DNA of 64,000 bases from NCBI GenBank assembly GCA_025361885.1, contig JANYJF010000009.1, positions 3,696 through 67,695 of the forward strand, written 5' to 3'. The first letter of the stretch is position 1. Every line of letters starts with the position of its first letter. This DNA is from Coriobacteriia bacterium (GTDB taxonomy: Bacteria > Actinomycetota > Coriobacteriia > Anaerosomatales > PALSA-660). The notes beneath the pieces were generated by a model. That model worked only from the letters and a program-made list of their open reading frames with translations, was not told the DNA's origin and ran no database searches. A program made the translations under genes and the position numbers. Shown here one piece after another: positions 46,065-55,067 of the stretch.

Positions 46065-47555
46065 TCACTCAGCCGAGACGACACGGTTCTTTCCGCTGCG
46101 CTTCGAAACGTACATGGCGTGGTCCGCCGTCTCGATGAGCTTGCCCTGGGTGGTCGCGTTGCGCGGATACGACGCCACGCCGACGGAGATGGTCTTGCGG
46201 ACCGACGGGATGCCATCGCCTCCGATGAACGACAGCGCCTCGACGCTGCGGCGGATGCGCTCGGCGACGGCGCGCGCCCCCTCGAGATCCGTCTCGGGAA
46301 GCACCACGACGAACTCCTCACCGCCATAGCGCGCGGCCACGTCCATCTCCCGGAGGTTCTCCCGGATGGCGTCGCTCACCATCTGCAGGACCTTATCGCC
46401 GCGAGGATGCCCGAAGGTGTCGTTGAACACCTTGAAGTCGTCGATGTCGAGCATGATCAATGACAGCGTGTGCGCGAATCGCGACGCGCGGCCGAGCTCC
46501 TCTTCGAGGCGCTGCTGGAAATACCCGTGGTTGTACAGTTCGGTGAGCCTGTCCGTCACCGAAAGACGCTCGAGTTCCTCATGGAGCAGCGCGTTCTGGA
46601 GCGCCAGGGAGCTTTGGTTGGCGATGACCTGGAGGCGCTCAATCTCCGCCGGCGTCATCTCCCGGTATGTGGAGGACGCGACGACCAGCACTCCGACGAT
46701 CAGGTCGCCGGTGCGGAGCGGGATCGCAGCGTGCGAGCGGAGATCGGAAGGCTCGCACACCCAGCGCGCCGACCGGCCGCCATCGGGGATGTCGGTCTCC
46801 TGCACCGTCCCTTCGGTGAAGGCGCGGCCGAGCAGCGTTTCCGACACGGGGACAGCGGCTGCGAAGAAGTGCTCGGGGCGCCCCTGGCTCGCTCTAAGCC
46901 GCAAGAGCCACTTCTCCTGGTCGAGCAGGTACACGCAGCTGATCTCGGCGCCGAGGATCCCGTTGGCACCGTCGACGATCAGGGACGTGACGTCGTCGAC
47001 CGACGAGAACGACGTGAGGGCCTTGAAGAACTCATGGGTGAAGAAGATCTCGGCGAGTCGGCCCTCGAGCTCACCGTTCGCCCGCTCGAGAGCCTCCTTG
47101 CTGGACTGGAGCTTGCGCTCATGGCTGCGGATCTTGTCGTACGCCACCTGCAGTTCGACGAACAGCTTCTCCTGCTCCTCGCCGCGCTTCTTGGCGACGA
47201 GGAGGTCCCAGATCATCTCCGACCCGCGGCTCCCTATGACCTCGACACCGGACGGGCAATCCTCTTCCAGCAGGACGCGCGTGGCTGCGTCCTCGGACAC
47301 GTCGACGATCAGGTCGAGGTCCCGCACCTGGTACAGCTCGCTGATGTCGGATGTCGTGAAGATGCCGAGCTCCTCGGCCAGACGAACGCCAGGTGACGAC
47401 TGGTTGTTGTCGGCGAGCGCTACGACGGACAGGTTATCGACCTCGTTGAGAAGGCGGAGGATGGAAGCCGAGCGGAGGTTGCCCCCGACGATGGCTATCG
47501 TCAGGCGCCCGGGGTGCGTGCGCGCCATGGTCGCCTCTGCACGTGCGTCGGTCAT
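46065..47555 (-). CDS. Diguanylate cyclase: Rossmann-like N-domain, coiled coil, GAF, GGDEF
   Basis: 496 aa. C-terminal GGDEF domain (DRLTELYNHGYF...LIMLDIDDFKVFNDTFGHPRGD...RYGGEEFVVVLPE) with an RxxD-like I-site region, and a central GAF. N-terminal IAIVGGNLRSASILRLL...VVALAD is Rossmann-like. Confidence 0.9.
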   Translation of the reverse strand: MTDARAEATMARTHPGRLTIAIVGGNLRSASILRLLNEVDNLSVVALADNNQSSPGVRLAEELGIFTTSDISELYQVRDLDLIVDVSEDAATRVLLEEDCPSGVEVIGSRGSEMIWDLLVAKKRGEEQEKLFVELQVAYDKIRSHERKLQSSKEALERANGELEGRLAEIFFTHEFFKALTSFSSVDDVTSLIVDGANGILGAEISCVYLLDQEKWLLRLRASQGRPEHFFAAAVPVSETLLGRAFTEGTVQETDIPDGGRSARWVCEPSDLRSHAAIPLRTGDLIVGVLVVASSTYREMTPAEIERLQVIANQSSLALQNALLHEELERLSVTDRLTELYNHGYFQQRLEEELGRASRFAHTLSLIMLDIDDFKVFNDTFGHPRGDKVLQMVSDAIRENLREMDVAARYGGEEFVVVLPETDLEGARAVAERIRRSVEALSFIGGDGIPSVRKTISVGVASYPRNATTQGKLIETADHAMYVSKRSGKNRVVSAE

Positions 47556-47588
47556 TTGGGCTCTTCCGTAGGTCGGCTTGGTCGTCGC

Positions 47589-48116
47589 TCAGATGTCCCG
47601 GATGCCGTACTGATAGCTGCGCACGACAAGGATACCTGTGTCGAGATGCAGTTCGATAGTGCGTGCGTGGTCTCCACCGGTATCTTCGGCACGCAGCAAG
47701 ACGCCCGCGAGATGCAGCTGGCGGTGGACCTCGTCGATGTTGCGGCTGCCGATGCCCGCGAGCATCGAGTCCCCCTTGAACATGGCAGCCCCTCCTGCGA
47801 TCTTGGCCACCAGGCGCCGGTGCGAACTGCCTTCGGCCTCGAGCAGCGCGATGAGGGCCGGGACCGCGTGGGTGGCGAAGCGGTCCATCTTGCCCACCAT
47901 CCGCGTGTCTTCCGAGGACGGCAGCATGACGTGCGCCATGCCCCCGGCCTGCCGGGACGGGTCCCATAGCGCGATGCCGATGCAGGAGCCCAGCGCCTGG
48001 GTCGTGAGGATCTCCGGGTAGGTCGCCGTGGCAAGCTCGCCCACACCGACCGTGACATGCCGGTCGACGTTGTCGAGATAGCTTGTGTCGCTGTGCATCA
48101 CAGGAAGTTGCCTCAC
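47589..48116 (-). CDS. cheD: Chemoreceptor glutamine deamidase CheD
   Basis: 175 aa. TQALGSCIGIALWD (active-site Cys) and GMAHVMLP. ATGA overlap with cheC. Confidence 0.92.
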   Translation of the reverse strand: MRQLPVMHSDTSYLDNVDRHVTVGVGELATATYPEILTTQALGSCIGIALWDPSRQAGGMAHVMLPSSEDTRMVGKMDRFATHAVPALIALLEAEGSSHRRLVAKIAGGAAMFKGDSMLAGIGSRNIDEVHRQLHLAGVLLRAEDTGGDHARTIELHLDTGILVVRSYQYGIRDI

Positions 48117-48724
48117 ACGACCCCGAGTCTGCCAAGAAGCACATCCAGACTGTCCGGGTCCGGGAGGAAGAACATGTACGCGTCCACGGTGGTCTCTTCG
48201 CTGAAGAAGCGCGTGCGCAGCAGAAGCGCGTTCTCCGCCCGCATACCGATCTCGGCGGTCACGACCTCCAGTATCGCCCCCGCCATGTCCAGCGCGAACG
48301 AGGGCTTCGCGGGCAGGATGTTGAGGTCCGCGAGCCTCGCGATCGAGGCAACGTACGAAGCCGCGAGTATCGACGCGACGTGCGTGATCATCGCCTCCTC
48401 CTCGGTGCCGAACGACTTGGCGGTGCCGACCGGCCTGTTGCGCATGAGGTCCACGAGCGCCAGCGAGGAGTCGCGAGGAGCCACGAACAGCAGCCCTCCA
48501 CCCAGGTCGCCGAGCATCCTGTCGTACACGGCGCCGACCAGCGTCTCCGGTCCGCCGAACACATCAGGAACGCTGCCTATCGGCAGCAGCTCGAGCTGCG
48601 GCACTTCGAGATCTATGCGATGGTCCACGAGTTGGGAGAGCGCCGTCGCCGCGTGCCCGGCGCCTATGCTCCCCACCTCTCGCAAGGCATCCAGTTGCAT
48701 GGCCGTGAGGTCCTCGATGCGCAT
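48113..48724 (-). CDS. cheC: CheY-P phosphatase CheC
   Basis: 203 aa. LDALREVGSIGAGHAATALS and a second internal CheC-like repeat. 1-nt TGATG overlap with cheA. Confidence 0.9.
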   Translation of the reverse strand: MRIEDLTAMQLDALREVGSIGAGHAATALSQLVDHRIDLEVPQLELLPIGSVPDVFGGPETLVGAVYDRMLGDLGGGLLFVAPRDSSLALVDLMRNRPVGTAKSFGTEEEAMITHVASILAASYVASIARLADLNILPAKPSFALDMAGAILEVVTAEIGMRAENALLLRTRFFSEETTVDAYMFFLPDPDSLDVLLGRLGVV

Positions 48725-50700
48725 CAGCGTTCCCCTCCCATGCTGAACAGCATGCGCGGATCGAGGATCAGCGCCACGGAGCCGTCTCCGAGGACCGTAG
48801 CGCCCCCCAGACCGCGCACCCCGCGGAACATGCGTGACAGCGGCTTGATCACGATCTCCTGTCTTCCGGTGAGCGACTCGACGGACAGCGCCCGCGCGAC
48901 ATCGCCCGTCTCAACCAACACCACGTGCTCCCGCGGTCCCGGTAGGCGCGTGGCGTCGTCCGAGAATCCCAGCAGCACGTCGAGCCGGTGGAGAGAGACG
49001 ATACGCCCGTCGCGCAGCGTGACCACAGGCATGCCGTCCACGCTCCCGGCGTCGATCTCGTCGGGCGCGAAGACCTCGGTGACCGCGCCGAGCGGCAGCG
49101 CGAACGTCTGCCCGCTCGACCTCACGAGCAGCGCTTGGATGATCGCCAGCGTGAGAGGCAGGCTCAGCTCGAACTCGGTCCCGCCCGTCGGCCGCTGCCT
49201 GATGTGGAGCGAACCGCCGAGGTACTCGATCTTGCCGCGGACGACGTCAAGGCCGACGCCACGACCGGACACCTTCGTCGCGACGTCAGCCGTGGAGAAG
49301 CCGGGTGTGCACGTGAGCATCAGCACGTCATCGGCCGAGTAGCCGTCGCGGTCCGCCGGGTCGACCATCCCGCGCTCGACGGCCTTGGCCCAGATGCGGT
49401 CGGGATCCATGCCCCCGCCGTCGTCGGAGACGCTGATGAGCACTTGGTCGCGCTCGCGCGCGGCGACCAGCCGCACACACCCGCGCCCTGGCTTGTCGGC
49501 GGCGACACGCTCACTCGCGCTCTCGATGCCGTGGTCGACCGCGTTGCGCAGCAGGTGCACGAGGGGGTCGCCGATCTCGTCCAGGACCGTCCTGTCCAGC
49601 TCGATGTCCAGGCCGTCCATCTCGAAGGCTATGTCCTTGCCCAGGTCGCGCGCCAGGTCTCGCACCATGCGCGGGAAGCGGTTGAAGATGTTGCCGACGG
49701 GCACCATGCGTGTCTGCATGACCTCGTGCTGGAGGTCCGACGAGATTGCGTGAAGTCTCTCGACGGCCTCGGTGAACCGGAGGTCGTCCGCCTCGCCGGC
49801 GAGGGTCTCGAGCCTGGAGCGCAGGATCACGAGCTCACCAACGAGGTCGACGAGCGTATCGAGGTGCCCGATGGAGATGCGCACCGTCTGGGTCTCGGAG
49901 AGCTTCGGGACCTCGGTGCGGGCTCGCGCGTGGAGCTCCCCGGGAACGCTCGTCTCCACTGGCGCCGCGTCGCCGCCGGCGACCTCCATCTCGTCGACCC
50001 GCGCCGCGTGCACCTCGGTCACGGCCAGGATCGCGCGCTCGACATCACCGACGGCCTGCCTGGTGCGGACGACCACCTCGAACGTGTGGTCGAACAGCTC
50101 ATCCTCTATCTCGCGTGCTGACGGCGTCGTGTCGACGACGTGGCCCATGTGGCTGAGACGCTTCACCACCATGTACGCCCGTACGGACTTGAGCACGCAG
50201 GTATCCTCGAGGTCGACGGAGGCGTGGATGACCCTCTCCCCGGGCTCGAGCGCCATGTCGCCGTGGGCCGGAGCTGATGGCGCACCGGCAGCCGCATCGG
50301 CCGTGGCGTCAGGGACGCTGCTTCGGAACTGCGTCCGTACTTCGAGCTCGGAGGTGATGCTCGACGTGTCGATCGCCGCTCTCCCGTTCGACTCGTCATC
50401 GATGAGCGCCTTCGCGACGTCCACCGCGCGAAGCACGATATCCACGAGCGCCCCGTCCACGCTCTGCTCGCGCTTGCGTACGGTGTCCATGAGCGACTCC
50501 ATCTTGTGGGTCAGCTCGGACGTGCGCTCGTAGCCCATCGCGGCGGCCATGCCCTTGAGGCTGTGCGCGCCGCGGAAGACCACTTCGACCGGCTCGAGGT
50601 CATGCGGGTCGGACTCGAGCACGAGCATGCCGTCGATTATCGCCTGGATGTACTCGGCGCTCTCGGATAGGAACACGTCGCGATAGACCTGCATGTCCAT
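48724..50700 (-). CDS. cheA: Chemotaxis histidine kinase CheA
   Basis: The start MDMQVYRDVFLSESAEYIQ matches the Bacillus CheA N-terminus. HPt domain (FRGAHSLKGMAAAMG), HATPase (DDGGGMD, GRGVGLDVV) and a C-terminal CheW-like domain. The track ORF start at 50820 overlaps cheB and is rejected. Confidence 0.95.
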   Translation of the reverse strand: MDMQVYRDVFLSESAEYIQAIIDGMLVLESDPHDLEPVEVVFRGAHSLKGMAAAMGYERTSELTHKMESLMDTVRKREQSVDGALVDIVLRAVDVAKALIDDESNGRAAIDTSSITSELEVRTQFRSSVPDATADAAAGAPSAPAHGDMALEPGERVIHASVDLEDTCVLKSVRAYMVVKRLSHMGHVVDTTPSAREIEDELFDHTFEVVVRTRQAVGDVERAILAVTEVHAARVDEMEVAGGDAAPVETSVPGELHARARTEVPKLSETQTVRISIGHLDTLVDLVGELVILRSRLETLAGEADDLRFTEAVERLHAISSDLQHEVMQTRMVPVGNIFNRFPRMVRDLARDLGKDIAFEMDGLDIELDRTVLDEIGDPLVHLLRNAVDHGIESASERVAADKPGRGCVRLVAARERDQVLISVSDDGGGMDPDRIWAKAVERGMVDPADRDGYSADDVLMLTCTPGFSTADVATKVSGRGVGLDVVRGKIEYLGGSLHIRQRPTGGTEFELSLPLTLAIIQALLVRSSGQTFALPLGAVTEVFAPDEIDAGSVDGMPVVTLRDGRIVSLHRLDVLLGFSDDATRLPGPREHVVLVETGDVARALSVESLTGRQEIVIKPLSRMFRGVRGLGGATVLGDGSVALILDPRMLFSMGGER

Positions 50701-50714
50701 GTCGTCCGACACCG

Positions 50715-51815
50715 TCACGCTTCCCCTCTGACATGACGCCGCACTTCCGCGGCGATCCGATCCAGCGGCTCCACCAGCACGGCGGCCCCCATTTTGACCG
50801 CCGCGCCAGGCATGCCCCACACGATGGAGGTGTGCTCGTCCTGCGCGATCGTGTGTCCGCCAGCGTTGCGCAGGGCCATGAGCCCTTTGGCGCCGTCCGT
50901 ACCCATTCCTGTAAGGACGACACCCGTGCCGCGGTCGCCATACTCGTTCGCAAGCGAGACGAGCAGCGGGTCGGCGGCGGGCCTCACTCCGTGCATCGGC
51001 GGACTGTCGAGGAGTTCCAGCACCGTGGTCCGGCCAGGCCTTCCGGAGACGACCATATGGCTTCCGTACGGCGCCAGGTACCCGTGTCCGGGCTGGACGC
51101 GCATGCCCATCGCCGCCTCCACCACCGGCATCCCGGAGATTCGCGCGAGACGTTTCGCGAAGGAGGCCGTGAACCCCGCGGGCAGGTGCTGTACCACCAG
51201 ATACGCGACCGGCAGGTCCTGCGGCAGGCCGGAGAACACCTGCTCCAGGGCCGGAGGCCCTCCCGTCGAGGCGGCCAGCGCGACGATGTGCGCCAGAGAG
51301 TCCGTCGCGGCGCGCGGCGGTCTCACATGTTCCCGGGTCCCGGACCCGGATGCCCCGGCGACCGACGACTCCACCCGCCCATCCGACCCGTCGTGCCCGA
51401 TGGTCCTCTTGGCGGGATCGATCCTATAGGCGGTCTTGATCTTCTTGACCAGCTGGTCGGACAACTCGGAGAGCGACGTGGCGAAACCGCCGCGCGGTTT
51501 GGAGATGAAGTCGACGGCCCCGCGAGTGAGCGCCTGGTAGGTGACTTCGGGATCGTCCTGAGAGGAGAGCATGAGCACGCGAGCCTTGGAATTCCGCACG
51601 ATGTGCGGAAGGGCCTCGAGTCCGGTGAGCTCGGGCATCTCGATGTCGAGAGTGATGACGTCGGGTTGCAGCCTGCGGCTCTGCTCGATCGCTTCCACGC
51701 CATTGCGGGCCCATCCGACGACCTCGATGCGAGGATCGAGGCCCAAGGCCCGAACGAGCATCTGGCGCACGAGGGCCGAGTCGTCGACCACGAGGACGCG
51801 GATCGGCTCTCGCAT
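50715..51815 (-). CDS. cheB: Protein-glutamate methylesterase/glutaminase CheB
   Basis: MREPIRVLVVDDSALVRQML REC domain plus methylesterase domain (LAASTGGPPAL, QHLPAGFTASFA, IAQDEHTSIVWGMPGAA). An alternative GTG at 51854 would overlap cheY. Confidence 0.93.
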   Translation of the reverse strand: MREPIRVLVVDDSALVRQMLVRALGLDPRIEVVGWARNGVEAIEQSRRLQPDVITLDIEMPELTGLEALPHIVRNSKARVLMLSSQDDPEVTYQALTRGAVDFISKPRGGFATSLSELSDQLVKKIKTAYRIDPAKRTIGHDGSDGRVESSVAGASGSGTREHVRPPRAATDSLAHIVALAASTGGPPALEQVFSGLPQDLPVAYLVVQHLPAGFTASFAKRLARISGMPVVEAAMGMRVQPGHGYLAPYGSHMVVSGRPGRTTVLELLDSPPMHGVRPAADPLLVSLANEYGDRGTGVVLTGMGTDGAKGLMALRNAGGHTIAQDEHTSIVWGMPGAAVKMGAAVLVEPLDRIAAEVRRHVRGEA

Positions 51816-51829
51816 CGCGGGAATCCGGT

Positions 51830-52201
51830 CTAGTGCGGCGTCGTCTGCAGGCACTTCTTGACCGTCTCCAGCACCTTCGTCGGCTGGAACGGCTTGACCA
51901 AGAAGTCCATGGCCCCGGCCTCCAGCGCCTCGACTATCATCTTCTGTTGTCCCATGGCGCTGACCATCAGGACTCGGGCTTGAGGGTCCCCGTCGCGGAT
52001 GAGTCGCAACGCATCGAGACCGTTCATCTCGGGCATCGTGATATCCAGCGTGACGAGATCGGGGTGGATCTCCTCGTACTTGTCCACGGCATCCCGGCCA
52101 TTGACGGCCTCGTGGATGACGTAGCCCTCCTTGGCCAGGATGTCGCGGATCATCATGCGCATGAATGCGGCATCATCGACCACGAGGACAGTACTAGACA
52201 T
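51830..52201 (-). CDS. cheY: Chemotaxis response regulator CheY
   Basis: MSSTVLVVDDAAFMRMMIRDIL...LVTLDITMPEMNGLDAL...VSAMGQ...GAMDFLVKPF. GGGGAGG lies 9 nt upstream of ATG 52201. Confidence 0.95.
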   Translation of the reverse strand: MSSTVLVVDDAAFMRMMIRDILAKEGYVIHEAVNGRDAVDKYEEIHPDLVTLDITMPEMNGLDALRLIRDGDPQARVLMVSAMGQQKMIVEALEAGAMDFLVKPFQPTKVLETVKKCLQTTPH

Positions 52202-52682
52202 GCGCCTCATCCTCCCCGGCCTCGGTAGTGCCAGTCGCTGCGTAGTCAGCGCGGGGAAGCGCCTTGTCGAGTTCGAGCAGGATCACGAGTCTTCCCTCCA
52301 TCTGGACCACGCCACGGAACGCCTCGGCGGTCTCGGCCACCAGCGCCGCCTCGGGCGCGGGTCGCACGTCATCGTCGAGGATCGTCGCCACCTCATGCGC
52401 GGCATCGACGACCAGCCCTACGGGTCCGTTCGACGACTCCGCGATGACGATGCGGCTGGCGACAGTGATCACGGGGTCGCTGCCGAAGAGCTTGCGGGAC
52501 AGCGAGACGATGGGCACTACGCGCCCGCGCAGGTTGATGACGCCTTCGACCATATCGGGCGCACGCGGGACGGGCGTCGCGATCTCGTGGCGGATGATGC
52601 TCGACACTTGCGCGATCGGCAGGCCGAACTCCTCGGCGCCGACCCGGAATATGACGTACTGGCTGCTCAGAGGTCCACTCAT
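52194..52682 (-). CDS. cheW: Chemotaxis coupling protein CheW
   Basis: 162 aa. YVIFRVGAEEFGLPIAQV..I.........P.AP..V.GVINLRGRVVPIV.L. Confidence 0.93.
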   Translation of the reverse strand: MSGPLSSQYVIFRVGAEEFGLPIAQVSSIIRHEIATPVPRAPDMVEGVINLRGRVVPIVSLSRKLFGSDPVITVASRIVIAESSNGPVGLVVDAAHEVATILDDDVRPAPEAALVAETAEAFRGVVQMEGRLVILLELDKALPRADYAATGTTEAGEDEAHV

Positions 52683-52691
52683 GCGGCAGCC

Positions 52692-54014
52692 TCAGTCCTC
52701 TGAGATGCGGAAGATGTGGACCGAGTCCTCGAGGCGGTGAGCCATGTCCGCCAGGTCCTGCGCCGAAGACGAGATCTCTTGCATGCAGGCGGTCTGCTCC
52801 TCGGCGGCCGCGGCGGTCTGCTGAGCCGAGGCCGCGTTCTGCTCCACCACGGCCGCGATGTCATGCATCGCGCGGTCCACGGAGGCGGTGCGCTCGCGCT
52901 GCTCGGCCATGGCCTCGGCAATGCGCTCTGCCAGCGCCGCTGTGCGGTTGACCACATCGTTGATCTGGGAGAGCGACGCCGAACTGCGGCCCACGACCTC
53001 CGTACCCGCAGCGACCTCGCGCATGCCGATCTGCATGTACTTGACCGCCTTGCCCGTCTCCTCCTGGACCTCTTTGATGAGGTCGCCGATCTGCTCGGCA
53101 GCCTTGCCCGAGCCCTCGGCCAACTTGCGGACCTCCTCGGCCACGACAGAGAAACCGCGACCCGACTCGCCCGCGCGCGCGGCCTCGATGGCCGCGTTGA
53201 GTGACAGCAGGTTCGTCTGGTCCGCTATGGATGTGATGACGTCGACGATCTTGCCGATCTCGACCGAACGCGTCCCGAGCACTTCCACCGAGCCGGCGAG
53301 GGTCTCGATCGCCGATTGCACCTCGGCCATCTTCGCGATGGCTTCATCGGTGGCCTGCTGTCCATGTGCGGTATACCGGGCGGCCTCCTCGCTCGTGCGG
53401 GACGCCTCCTCGGCCTGCTCTGCGGCCCGGCCGACCGTCTCGACGATGGCCTCCATCGCCGACGACGTCTCCTCGACCTTGCGCGACTGCAGCTCGGCGC
53501 CGTGCGCTATCTGCTGCACCGAGGACGATATCTCCATGGTCGAGGAGTTGATCTCCTCGGATGAGGCGGAGAGCTCCGTGGCGGCCGCGGACACTGACTC
53601 CGCGGAGCGGCGCACGTTGGCGGCGATGTCTGACAGGGACGCGATCAGGCCGTTGCACTCATTTGCCAGCAGGCCGATCTCGTCGTTCGTATCGATGTTG
53701 GCGCGCACGGTCAGGTCGCCCTGCCCCGCCTCGACCATCACATCGCCCAGATCGCGCAGAGGGCGCAGGATCTTGTTCTTGAACGCCCTGTTCCACAGGA
53801 GCTGTCCCGGTATCGCCGCCAGCAGCATCGCTACGCCGCCCCAGAATGCGATGGGGAACATCTTCGCGGGTGTGAGAGCGAGGTCAACGTACGCGTAGAT
53901 GGCGGTCACGAGCAGGCCGATCGTCACGGCCGGCCCGATGGTTATCCATGTCCAAAGGGTGAAGCGATACGACAGGCCGCCCCGTATCGAGCTGTCACGG
54001 CGTTCCTCGGTCAA
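52692..54014 (-). CDS. Methyl-accepting chemotaxis protein (2 TM, HAMP, no large sensor domain)
   Basis: 440 aa. TTG start after GGAGGAGGAGGG. Two TM helices separated by a short loop, a HAMP region, and [31 protein letters not shown]. Confidence 0.92.
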   Translation of the reverse strand: MTEERRDSSIRGGLSYRFTLWTWITIGPAVTIGLLVTAIYAYVDLALTPAKMFPIAFWGGVAMLLAAIPGQLLWNRAFKNKILRPLRDLGDVMVEAGQGDLTVRANIDTNDEIGLLANECNGLIASLSDIAANVRRSAESVSAAATELSASSEEINSSTMEISSSVQQIAHGAELQSRKVEETSSAMEAIVETVGRAAEQAEEASRTSEEAARYTAHGQQATDEAIAKMAEVQSAIETLAGSVEVLGTRSVEIGKIVDVITSIADQTNLLSLNAAIEAARAGESGRGFSVVAEEVRKLAEGSGKAAEQIGDLIKEVQEETGKAVKYMQIGMREVAAGTEVVGRSSASLSQINDVVNRTAALAERIAEAMAEQRERTASVDRAMHDIAAVVEQNAASAQQTAAAAEEQTACMQEISSSAQDLADMAHRLEDSVHIFRISED

Positions 54015-54110
54015 GAAGACCCTCCTCCTCCGTTGACGGATGCACGGCCGCCCCTGCCGCGTCGGAACAGATTCTACTCCATGGCGAGCAGGGAGAGTGT
54101 GCCATCGTGC

Positions 54111-54953
54111 TCAGGACTTCGGCGGCCGTTTCCGGTAGATGCGCTCGCGCCCGCTGACCGCTTCGAAGCGCTCCGAGAGCGCCGGTGACATCTTCTCGCT
54201 GCGACCGAGGACCAGATAGCCGTCGCGGGACAGCGCCTTCCAGAACAGCTCGAGGACGCGCTCCTGCTGCTCGCGCGTGAAGTAGATGAAGACGTTGCGA
54301 CAGAACACGACGTCCACGACGTTGACGGGCTCGTCGCGGAATAGGTCGAGCACGCGGAACTTGACGTGCGACGTGACTTCGCGCTTGATGGTGAACGTGG
54401 CGGGCCCCTCGTCCACAAAATGCCTGTCGGCCTCCGGGATGTGCGAGAGCTTCGCGATGTCATAGGTGGCGAGCTTGGCGGTCTCGAGAACCGACGGGTC
54501 GATATCGGTGGCGAGGATGGTGAGTACGAACCGGCTCGCGTTGTCGCCGATCGCGTCGAGGAACGACATCGCCAGCGAATACGCCTCCTCGCCTGTCGCG
54601 CAGCCAGCGGACCACACCCGGATCATCCTGTGACGCCCGCGCAGCTTGGTGTCCACGATCCCTGGGACGATCTGCGAACGGAACAGTTCGTACACCGGCG
54701 TGTCCCGGAAGAAGTCGGTGACGTTGATGGTCAGAGTGTCGAGCAGGCGGGCGTATTCGTCAGGATCGGAGTCCAGGGCGCGTGCGTACTGGCGGTACGT
54801 ATGCAGGTTGAGGGAACGGAGCCGCGCGGCGATGCGCCGTTCCACGTAAGGCCGGCGGTACTGGGTCAGGTCAAGCCCCCGGGCTTGGACGACCTTGTCG
54901 ATGAGCCGCTCGAGGTCGCCGCGATAGACCTGATCGAGTTCCACCTTGTCCAT
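54111..54953 (-). CDS. cheR: Chemotaxis protein methyltransferase CheR
   Basis: ATG 54951-54953 (GGAGG RBS). Motifs: Y.R.Y.ERRI.AR, LTINVTDFFRD and SAM-binding IRVWSAGCATGEEAYSLAM. Confidence 0.93.
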   Translation of the reverse strand: MDKVELDQVYRGDLERLIDKVVQARGLDLTQYRRPYVERRIAARLRSLNLHTYRQYARALDSDPDEYARLLDTLTINVTDFFRDTPVYELFRSQIVPGIVDTKLRGRHRMIRVWSAGCATGEEAYSLAMSFLDAIGDNASRFVLTILATDIDPSVLETAKLATYDIAKLSHIPEADRHFVDEGPATFTIKREVTSHVKFRVLDLFRDEPVNVVDVVFCRNVFIYFTREQQERVLELFWKALSRDGYLVLGRSEKMSPALSERFEAVSGRERIYRKRPPKS

Positions 54954-55067
54954 CCGACCTCCGTCACCTGCGGTCGTGCCGCCCGCGCGCATCTACTATA
55001 GCGCCGAACGTCGAAGGACAGCGCGCGCACGAGTCCAGACTCGCGCCCGACGTGGACGGACCCGCGC

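Noticed and set aside
54087-54104. Sigma-54-like TGGCAC element upstream of the operon MCP gene (minus strand TGGCACACTCTCCCTGCT).
   Set aside because: The spacing between the GG and GC dinucleotides is 12 nt rather than the required 10. No enhancer-binding protein gene is nearby.
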